Shown here: piece after piece, positions 56,791 to 64,000 of the stretch
How positions within the stretch are numbered: the stretch's first letter is position 1
How the letters are laid out: every line of letters begins with the position of its first letter
Origin: Candidatus Bathyarchaeota archaeon
GTDB taxonomy: Archaea > Thermoproteota > Bathyarchaeia > 40CM-2-53-6
Length of the DNA: 64,000 bases
Assembly (NCBI GenBank): GCA_963726255.1
Contig: CAVSBL010000002.1
Coordinates: forward strand, 2,176,001 to 2,240,000
Direction: 5' to 3'
Translations under genes and position numbers: made by a program
Notes under the pieces: generated by a model
Database searches by the model: none
What the model was told of the DNA's origin: nothing
What the model saw: only the letters and a program-made list of their open reading frames with translations

Positions 56791-57612
56791 CTACCTGAAT
56801 GACTTGAGTAGTTCCTTCATTTCCGTTTTCGTATCAATTCGGGTGCTGGGTTTGGCGGGCTCGGCTAAAGTGGGGCGTTTCTGCTTGAAGATTACCCCTA
56901 TGGGTATCTTGTCTTGTCTCCTGACTAGCTTCCATGCCGCATCCAGATCGGCTGAATCATGTTCCGAGCCGATCTCAATGACCTTCGGTGCCAGTTCTTT
57001 CCAAGTATCATGAAAGGTGGGACAGGGGTTGAGTACGTGTATCAGTGCGAAACCCTTGTGCACAATTCCTTTGGCTATTAACTGTGCCAGGTGGTTGGGT
57101 TTTCCAGGGAATCCCCGCCCCAAGAAGGACACGCCGTAGGCCAATGCCAATTTGCTGATGTCAAGTGGGTTCTCCGGATTTCCGTCAGGTGTTACCTTGG
57201 TTTTGTATCCCAACGGTGTCGTGGGTGACGGCTGACCCTTGGTCTGTCCATAGATGCCGTTGTCAAGGACGATGTATGCCATGTCGGGGTTTCTTCTGGC
57301 CGCATGCGGGACATGTCCTCCCCCGATGGCGAATGCGTCGCCGTCCCCTGCTATTCCAACGACGCAAAGTTCGGGTCTCGTCATGTTAATGCCTTGCGCG
57401 ATGGGTAGCACTCGGCCGTGAAGGGTGTGGAATCCGTATGTTCTGAAGTTGTGCGGGAAGCGGCCGTTACATCCAATCCCTGAAACTATTATCACATTTT
57501 CGTTTTTCAAACCAAGTTCGTGGAATGCCAAGTCAACAGACTTCAGGACACCGTAGTCCCCGCAACCCGGGCACCATGATGAGGTGTAATCGCTGCGGTA
57601 ATCGGCAACCAT
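56791..57612 (-). CDS. Second 2-oxoacid:ferredoxin oxidoreductase beta subunit
   Basis: WCPGCGD, SGIGC, LHGR, GDGD...IGG.H, YGQTKGQ.SPT, PCPTF. Confidence 0.9.
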   Translation of the reverse strand: MVADYRSDYTSSWCPGCGDYGVLKSVDLAFHELGLKNENVIIVSGIGCNGRFPHNFRTYGFHTLHGRVLPIAQGINMTRPELCVVGIAGDGDAFAIGGGHVPHAARRNPDMAYIVLDNGIYGQTKGQPSPTTPLGYKTKVTPDGNPENPLDISKLALAYGVSFLGRGFPGKPNHLAQLIAKGIVHKGFALIHVLNPCPTFHDTWKELAPKVIEIGSEHDSADLDAAWKLVRRQDKIPIGVIFKQKRPTLAEPAKPSTRIDTKTEMKELLKSFR

Positions 57613-57622
57613 CGCGGTCAAC

Positions 57623-59326
57623 CTACGCCAGCTCCTCGATTTTGCGCAAAATCTCATCAGCTCTAAACGGAAGCCCTTCGGACTTGTTGAATGAAACTGG
57701 TTCGATCGTGAAATTCATTCGCAGCAATTTCGCAAATTGGCCGGAGTAGTTCAATTCCGGAACCAAGACCTTCTTGAGGCCTTCGAGGAAGGTGGAGATC
57801 TGCTCCTTGGGAAGCGGGTTTAGGAGCTTGCATTGCAACCAGCGTACCCGAATCGATTTCTTCCTAGCACGCAAAACGGCATCATGGATCGCTCCCTGCG
57901 TCGAACCCCAGCCAATTACACCGACCTTGGCTTTGGAGTCCGGCAACTCCTTCACGTTTAGCGGGTCGTTCGCAAGTTCAATGGCTGCCGTCTCAAGCTT
58001 TCGAAATCGTTTCGCCGTCATTTCCGAATGCACCTGAGGTCGATAGCTAGGCCGACTATTCTCATCATGCTCGACACTCTCAGCAACGTACTCCCCATTG
58101 GCTTGCCCAGGTATCGACATGGGGGAAATTCCGTCATGGGTGACTGCGTACCTACGGAAAACGCTGCCAACAAGTTCTGCCCTTTCTCGGTCGATTACTC
58201 TTAGCGAGTCGAGGTCGGGGATGGGCATGCCTTCGGTGAGCTGGGCTAGTGATTGATCCGTGAGTAGAAGAACGGGAAGCTGATACCGCTCGGCCATATT
58301 GAATGCCCTTACGGTTTGATAGAAGCAGTCTTCAACATTTCCAGGAGCTATCACAATCCTAGGGACATCCCCGTGCCCACCATACAGTGCATGGTCTAGG
58401 TCCGATTGCTCGGTCTTAGTCGGTAACCCAGTGGATGGGCCACCTCTTTGCGCGTCAACTATCACAACCGGCACTTCAGCCATCGAGGCCATTCCAATCA
58501 TTTCGGTCATTAGGGAGAAACCTGGGCCGGAAGTTGCGGTCATCGATTTGGTTCCAGCGAAGGACGCGCCTATCGCTGCTCCAAGGGAAGCCATTTCATC
58601 TTCTCCTTGGAATACTCGACCTTCAAAACTTGGAAGGAAATTCGCCATTCCTTCAAGAATGTCGCTTGCTGGTGTGATGGGGTACCCCGCGTAGAAACGG
58701 CAACCGGCTGCAATAGCGCCTAACACTATCGCTTGATTGCCCGAGACTACTATCTTGTTAGGGATAGCTCTTGGAAAGTTCGAACTGATTTCCTTTGGTG
58801 CTAGGCCAAAGCCTAGGTCTACCGCTGCAATGTTTCTTTGGACGACTTCCTCTCCTCGCGACCCAAGCTTGCCTCTTACGACTTCTTCCAAGATGGCCTT
58901 TGAGACACCTACGTGGCCTGCGACGTATCCAGCTATGATCATGTTCTTTCCTTTCGGAAACGTAAGTTCGTTCTTTGCTAGGGAAGTGAAGGGAACGCCG
59001 AACGAGTGCTTAGGTAATGACGAGTATGTCTTCGGGGTCCGATCTGCGTCGAAGATCAGTTCCCCGGTAGGCTTCAAGTCCTTTGTATGAGAGGAAATGG
59101 CTTCCGTGTCGAATGCCACGAGAAGGTCTAGCAGATCTCCCTGGGAGTAGGCATGCCAGTCACTCGCCCTGAGCTGGTACATGCATGGGCCGCCGCGAAC
59201 CGAGGATGGATAGGTTCGAAAAGTGAATATCTTTAGTCCGGTTCGTGAGGCAGCGTAAGTTAGAACCTCTCCAGCCAGAATAACGCCATCGCCAGATTCG
59301 CCGGCCAGTCGAATGGTTAAATCCAA
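57623..59326 (-). CDS. Second 2-oxoacid:ferredoxin oxidoreductase alpha subunit (fused gamma-alpha)
   Basis: N-terminal gamma domain (IRLAGESG.G...RGG), GNQA, YPITPA, EDE, TATSGPG, RGGPSTGLPT. Confidence 0.9.
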   Translation of the reverse strand: MDLTIRLAGESGDGVILAGEVLTYAASRTGLKIFTFRTYPSSVRGGPCMYQLRASDWHAYSQGDLLDLLVAFDTEAISSHTKDLKPTGELIFDADRTPKTYSSLPKHSFGVPFTSLAKNELTFPKGKNMIIAGYVAGHVGVSKAILEEVVRGKLGSRGEEVVQRNIAAVDLGFGLAPKEISSNFPRAIPNKIVVSGNQAIVLGAIAAGCRFYAGYPITPASDILEGMANFLPSFEGRVFQGEDEMASLGAAIGASFAGTKSMTATSGPGFSLMTEMIGMASMAEVPVVIVDAQRGGPSTGLPTKTEQSDLDHALYGGHGDVPRIVIAPGNVEDCFYQTVRAFNMAERYQLPVLLLTDQSLAQLTEGMPIPDLDSLRVIDRERAELVGSVFRRYAVTHDGISPMSIPGQANGEYVAESVEHDENSRPSYRPQVHSEMTAKRFRKLETAAIELANDPLNVKELPDSKAKVGVIGWGSTQGAIHDAVLRARKKSIRVRWLQCKLLNPLPKEQISTFLEGLKKVLVPELNYSGQFAKLLRMNFTIEPVSFNKSEGLPFRADEILRKIEELA

Positions 59327-59409
59327 ACCGTTTCATCGTGGGTTGGCAGGCATTCCGAGGGTTTTAGGCTCACTGTTGGTTCTCGGTACTGAATTTCCTT
59401 CCAGCCAAG

Positions 59410-60045
59410 CTATCGTTTCTTAACGAACAGAACCGAAGGGCTTAGGCCTATCCTCGTCCCGATGTCGTCGAGGATTTTCTGAAACCTAACGTGGGGAAGC
59501 CGGAGCCCTTTCCGCCCCTTTGGGGGATACGGGTCATTGAAAACCACCTGCTCTTCATCGGCATCGGTTACGACAATCCAATGTGGGATATTGAGCGAGT
59601 GGATGACTCCCATGTGGACAAGGGCTATGGGAACGTAGCCGTTACGAACTCCTCGTAGAATGTCTGAAACGACGGGTCGCTTGTATGTGACCGCTAAGTT
59701 CCTGCGTATAGCCCTCTGCTTATTGTCCCTCATGCCAAACATGCTGAGATCGATTTCTTCGGAGGAGAAATTCCTGAGCAGCCTTCGCTTCCACCGCTCA
59801 TAGTCCACACTTTTGTTTGATTGCGTTATCAACCGCACCTTGTAGCCCGCGTCGATTAATGGAACAGAGAGGCCGAACGGGTCGGCACCCTTTATGCCGA
59901 TCATGTTGCATTGGCGCCACACTTCAAATTCGAGTTCGCGGCCAATTTCTAGGTCCCGCTCGAAATGTTTCATTACCATTAGTACGCAGGCGGGGCCGCA
60001 AGTGAAGTCTGAGCTCTGCGCATAGTAAGGTACGTTGAACTTCAT
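59410..60045 (-). CDS. Peptidase C39-like cysteine protease
   Basis: VPYYAQSSDFTCGPAC, PHWIVV, NDP (Cys-His-Asp). Confidence 0.8.
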   Translation of the reverse strand: MKFNVPYYAQSSDFTCGPACVLMVMKHFERDLEIGRELEFEVWRQCNMIGIKGADPFGLSVPLIDAGYKVRLITQSNKSVDYERWKRRLLRNFSSEEIDLSMFGMRDNKQRAIRRNLAVTYKRPVVSDILRGVRNGYVPIALVHMGVIHSLNIPHWIVVTDADEEQVVFNDPYPPKGRKGLRLPHVRFQKILDDIGTRIGLSPSVLFVKKR

Positions 60046-60093
60046 GTTTCTATCTCTGGTTAGTGCGAATCTGCCAAACAATCGACCATATCT

Positions 60094-61077
60094 TTAGCTC
60101 TTGAAATGTTCCCAGCCCTTCCTTGATACTTTAACCTCTCCTCCATCTAGCCGCAAACGTACTCCATTGGATTTCCTTGTAACGACGCCGATTGCCTTCA
60201 ATTCTCCGCGGGCAGCCTTCTGTGCAGACCTAAACCTTTCAGGGTTCACAGTGACAACGAGACAATACTCTTCGCCACCGTAGAGGGCGAGATCGATTGC
60301 CTTGTAGCGATGACGAGCTGCAAATTGCTCTGCTGCTTTGCTGAGGGGAACATGATCGATTCTTATCCCGACGCCACTCGCCTTCGACAACTCATGTAGG
60401 CTCCAAGCTAACCCGTCACTTGAATCGATGGAAGCAGTGAGAGCCCCCGAAGCACATAGCCTAAGACCGAGATCCAGTTGGGCGCGTGGATTGTAAACAG
60501 CCTGATACAACGGTCGCGGCAACCTATCGGGTCGGACCCTATGTTGGAGTAGTGACTTCAACCCGACCGAGGCTGCACCGAATTCACCGCTAACAGCAAC
60601 TATGTCGCCAACTCGTGCACCAGAACGAAGAACAAGCTGCCCTTTACGGGCGATTGCGAAGAGTGCTATGGATATTGTCAAATCATTCGATTCATTGGTG
60701 TCCCCACCCACAAGCGGGAATCGGTATTTCCTTGCGGCGCTACCTAGTCCAACGGCAATTTCTTGAACATCTTTCTTCGTCAGAGTGGCCGGCAGCCCTA
60801 ACGCGACGAGCCCAGCCAGGGGACGTGCACCTTTGGCTGCGAGGTCACTAACGTTCGCCACAACCGCTTTGTGAGCCGCCTGCCTCATTGTCATGCCTGG
60901 TGGGATATCGGTGCTGCCGACCAGCATGTCGGTCTTCAGCACTGCTACCTGTCCGTCCGCAAGTTTCACTGCGGAAACATCGTCGCCGAAACCAACAACA
61001 GTATTCCGACTGGTGTCCAGTGACCGCTCCAGCATACCAATTATGCGTAGTTCACCCAAGTCCCTAAGTGAAGGCAA
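60094..61077 (-). CDS. thiL: Thiamine-monophosphate kinase
   Basis: LGEL.II, GFGDD, KTDMLV, NVSDLAAKGA, GGDTN, RSGA, DSSDGL, GGEEY; start uncertain (61077 TTG or 61119 ATG). Confidence 0.92.
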   Translation of the reverse strand: MPSLRDLGELRIIGMLERSLDTSRNTVVGFGDDVSAVKLADGQVAVLKTDMLVGSTDIPPGMTMRQAAHKAVVANVSDLAAKGARPLAGLVALGLPATLTKKDVQEIAVGLGSAARKYRFPLVGGDTNESNDLTISIALFAIARKGQLVLRSGARVGDIVAVSGEFGAASVGLKSLLQHRVRPDRLPRPLYQAVYNPRAQLDLGLRLCASGALTASIDSSDGLAWSLHELSKASGVGIRIDHVPLSKAAEQFAARHRYKAIDLALYGGEEYCLVVTVNPERFRSAQKAARGELKAIGVVTRKSNGVRLRLDGGEVKVSRKGWEHFKS

Positions 61078-61174
61078 TTCCACCACGCCAATGCTTTGCC
61101 TATCTCTTACACTACGCATATTTTGAATAGTGGGATAACCCTGAGCAAGACGGGACAAAAGGAGGCGCCGGGAC

Positions 61175-62137
61175 TTGCCTGACGTAGTATGTCTGGGCGA
61201 AATTATGGTTGAACTTAACGCTGTCAACCGCGGCCCGCTAAGGGACGTCGGGCTCTTCGAGAAACATGCAGCCGGGGCTGAAGGAAACGTTGCAATCGGA
61301 GTCTCAAGGCTCGGGTGCAGTTCCGGGATTATTACGAGAGTTGGTGATGACGAGTTCGGACTTTTCCTCGTAGCCACGCTTAAGGGAGAAAACGTGGACA
61401 CCTCTCACATCACCGTCGACAACGAGTATCCGACAGCAATCTTCTTCATTCAACGTGGGTATCCGATTCCTGACAAGAGTGAAGCATACTACTATCGCCG
61501 CAATTCCGCCGGAAGCAAACTCAGCCCCAAAGACCTCGATTCAAATTACATTCGTTCAGCACGGGTTCTTCATGTCACCGGAATAACTCCCGCATTGAGC
61601 GAAAACGCCAAAGAGGCAACAACCGCAGCAGTGAAAATCGCGAAAGAAAACAAGGTCATCCTTTCACTAGATACGAACATCCGCCTCAAACTTTGGACAG
61701 CCGAAGCAGCTAGAATTGCTCTACTGCCGCTATGCAATATGGCGGATGTACTCTTCACGAGCATACCGGACGCTAAAATAATCCTAGGCCTTAACGAACC
61801 TGCAGAAATAGCGAGAGTTCTACACAAAAGCGGCGTCAAAACTGTAGTAATCAAACTTGGGGAAAAAGGAGCCTTTGCTAGCTCTAATGGCGAAGTCGTG
61901 ACTCAACCCATGATCCAGACAAGCGTTGAGGATCCTACTGGTGCAGGTGATTCTTTCGCAGCAACATTTCTGGCCACTCAGCTGAAGGGTTGGAAGCTGC
62001 AAGACAGCTTACGGGCATCTTTAGCGACAGCTGCGTTGGTTGTAGGCGTCAGGGGTGATTATGAGAACATACCAAGCATGGAAGCGTTACGAACTTTCCT
62101 CGACTTTGAAAAAGGTAAGACTGAGTACCTTCGTTGA
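61175..62137 (+). CDS. PfkB-family sugar kinase (2-keto-3-deoxygluconate kinase-like)
   Basis: AGAEGNVAIG.SRLG, YYR..SAGS, D.NIR.KLW, KLG.KG, DPTGAGD. Confidence 0.88.
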   Translation: MPDVVCLGEIMVELNAVNRGPLRDVGLFEKHAAGAEGNVAIGVSRLGCSSGIITRVGDDEFGLFLVATLKGENVDTSHITVDNEYPTAIFFIQRGYPIPDKSEAYYYRRNSAGSKLSPKDLDSNYIRSARVLHVTGITPALSENAKEATTAAVKIAKENKVILSLDTNIRLKLWTAEAARIALLPLCNMADVLFTSIPDAKIILGLNEPAEIARVLHKSGVKTVVIKLGEKGAFASSNGEVVTQPMIQTSVEDPTGAGDSFAATFLATQLKGWKLQDSLRASLATAALVVGVRGDYENIPSMEALRTFLDFEKGKTEYLR

Positions 62138-62194
62138 CGTCCAATGTAATATGACGTAGAGAATTTCAGAACGCGAGATGGCTCTTTGCGTCCT

Positions 62195-62338
62195 TCAGGA
62201 CTGCCCAGTTAAGGGCGACTGGGTTGCTATGTTAGCGGTTTGGACGGGCTGTTCGGGAATCCCGCACTTCGTAAGGTGGGTTTTGTATTCGTCGAGTCTG
62301 ATTTGTCTATGGCATCGAAGGCATTCGAGTGTCTTCAT
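62195..62338 (-). CDS. UBZ-like C2HC zinc-finger microprotein (47 aa)
   Basis: MKTLECLRCHRQIRLDEYKTHLTKCGIPEQPVQTANIATQSPLTGQS; not in ORF track; downstream of and co-oriented with the helicase. Confidence 0.65.
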   Translation of the reverse strand: MKTLECLRCHRQIRLDEYKTHLTKCGIPEQPVQTANIATQSPLTGQS

Positions 62339-62419
62339 CTCGGTGCGTACGTTTCTATTACGGAATTGTCGACGGCCCGTCTATGTCACTCTCGCGATTG
62401 CACTTTGCTCCGTCGTTAT

Positions 62420-63607
62420 TCAACGTTGGCTTTTGAAGCCGTCCGACCACGAAGGTTGATGGAAGCTTGGCTGGATGTTTCTGTGGCTCTGGGGTCGCAA
62501 TTTTTCTCCGATCTCATGCATGTGGGTACCGGTCATGCCTTGAATGCGTCTCAAATCCATCATTTCGCGTCGAGACACTAACGTCACTGCAATCCCGCTA
62601 GCTCCCGCCCTGCCTGTTCTGCCAATTCTATGGAAGTAAAGCAAGGGGTCATTGGGTAAGTCATAGTTCACAACATGCGTGATGCCTTCAATATCCAAAC
62701 CCCGTGAGGCAACATCAGTTGCTACCAAGAATCGTGCACGGCCCCTTCGGAAATCCTCCAACGCCCGTTCGCGTTGCGCCTGCGTTAAGTCACCGTGTAT
62801 GACCGCAACGTCCCGTCGGTTCCTACTCAATCTATAACCAATCCGATCCGCGCCTATTTTCGTGGAGCAGAAGATCAACGCACGTTGAACAGACTTGTCG
62901 TCCATTATATCGCATAGCGCCTGAAACTTGCGCTCTGGGTCTACAACCCGGTAGAGCTGGTCTATTTCCTCAACCGCTATTTCGTCTCTGCTGACGAGGA
63001 TTTTCTCCGCGTTGTACATGTGCCTTGACGCTAATTCGAGGATTTCATCTGGCATGGTTGCTGAGAACATCGCGGTCTGCTTTTCGTTTGGTGTTCTGCG
63101 AAGTATGAATTCTATGTCGTCGATGAAGCCCATGTCTAGCATCCGGTCGGCTTCGTCGAGAACAACAAACTTTGCCTGGTCAATTAGCAGGGTGCCTCTT
63201 CGGAGGTGGTCAATGATTCTGCCTGGTGTTCCAACCACGATATGGACAGTACTCTGAAGCGCTTGCATCTGGCTGTAGATTGGTTGCCCACCATAAACGG
63301 CGAGCGTTCGCACTGAGAGGTATTTTCCAAATTTGTTCAGGTCCGAGGTAACTTGAACGGCCAATTCTCGGGTCGGAACAAGAACAAGCGCTTGCACCGC
63401 ATCGAGGGACCTATCAATTCTTTGAATCATAGGTACACCAAAAGCCGCCGTCTTACCTGTACCAGTCTTCGCTTGGCCTATCACGTCTCTGCCTTCAAGC
63501 AGAGGGCCAATCGCTGCAGCCTGAATTGGGAACGTCTCTTCAAAACCGAGTTCCCTAAGGCTGCGAATTATCTCTCCCTTTATTGGGAGTTCTTCGAAAC
63601 TTTGCAT
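62420..63607 (-). CDS. DEAD-box RNA helicase
   Basis: Q motif, AKTGTGKT, PTRELA, TPGR, DEAD, SAT, HRIGRTGR. Confidence 0.96.
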   Translation of the reverse strand: MQSFEELPIKGEIIRSLRELGFEETFPIQAAAIGPLLEGRDVIGQAKTGTGKTAAFGVPMIQRIDRSLDAVQALVLVPTRELAVQVTSDLNKFGKYLSVRTLAVYGGQPIYSQMQALQSTVHIVVGTPGRIIDHLRRGTLLIDQAKFVVLDEADRMLDMGFIDDIEFILRRTPNEKQTAMFSATMPDEILELASRHMYNAEKILVSRDEIAVEEIDQLYRVVDPERKFQALCDIMDDKSVQRALIFCSTKIGADRIGYRLSRNRRDVAVIHGDLTQAQRERALEDFRRGRARFLVATDVASRGLDIEGITHVVNYDLPNDPLLYFHRIGRTGRAGASGIAVTLVSRREMMDLRRIQGMTGTHMHEIGEKLRPQSHRNIQPSFHQPSWSDGFKSQR

Positions 63608-63850
63608 TCCTAGTTTTCACTTTCTTACGTAAACCGCTTTTAGAAAACCGAACGGCTAATTTTCCGCGTTTACGGGTAAACCGCGTTCCAGTTTCGCTGT
63701 GCAGAACTTGTCTGTATCCGCACGCGGTCTTCGTTAGAACCACGCAAACACAATACTACCATTTAAACGTTGGTTGAAATAAACGGAAGAATGGAAAGGG
63801 CCTCAAAGCGCCATTCCTCTCTGTAAACTTCAGAACAAGGGGTAGTGTTC

Positions 63851-64000
63851 GTGGGAGAACTACTATGGGCACCATCAGAGGAGCGAGTTAGTCAGGCGAA
63901 CATTACTCGTTTCATTCAGCTCGTTAACCGGAAATACGGGCTCAAGATCGAATCATACCGTGCGCTCTACGACTGGTCAGTTCAGCGGGTCCCAGAGTTT
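63851..64000 (+). CDS. Acetoacetate--CoA ligase-like acyl-CoA synthetase, N-terminal fragment (runs off window edge)
   Basis: (M)GELLWAPSEERVSQANITRFIQLVNRKYGLKIESYRALYDWSV...PEF resembles the N-terminus of acetoacetyl-CoA synthetases. Confidence 0.7.
   Translation, partial: MGELLWAPSEERVSQANITRFIQLVNRKYGLKIESYRALYDWSVQRVPEF

Noticed and set aside
61078-61401. Long N-terminal extension of ThiL in the track
   Set aside because: Overlaps the divergent sugar kinase gene; ThiL similarity begins at LRDLGE. The same applies to track extensions of the FrhB-like, phosphoesterase, maturation protease and YhbY ORFs.
63608-63790. Possible structured 5' leader of the DEAD-box helicase (CGCG-TTTAC/GTAAA-CGCG hairpin)
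   Set aside because: A single imperfect hairpin with no comparative support.

Overview
Archaeal chromosome segment (TACK-like; gene content and order suggest Bathyarchaeia, which is an inference). It contains: the 5' part of a sugar-nucleotide/N-glycosylation operon; the conserved rps19e...rpl12 translation superoperon with an internal ~3.9 kb block inverted; alaS-leuS; scattered housekeeping and repair genes; a GT4/six-hairpin/GH130 trio; and a 15 kb redox island. In that island a soluble fumarate-reductase-like flavoprotein and Fe-S pair run co-directionally into hdrCBA-mvhDGA and a maturation protease, divergent from one 2-oxoacid:ferredoxin oxidoreductase operon, with a second such operon converging on the first. 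Reading the raw sequence beyond the ORF track shows four further things. (1) Four tRNA genes all carry introns at non-canonical positions (8 introns; tRNA-Phe has three), and two predicted mature tRNAs break near-universal rules (C33, A53:C61). (2) At least seven Cys/His-rich microproteins are present, six of them absent from the ORF track, including a tandem paralogous Cys7 pair between the two oxidoreductase operons. (3) Several genes appear to start at near-cognate codons (ATT, CTG, GTA, ACG) 6-7 nt after a GGTGA ribosome-binding site. (4) hdrA is split by a 2-nt frameshift. No CRISPR array, rRNA gene, transposase or integrase was seen. All protein calls rest on motif recognition by eye, not database searches.
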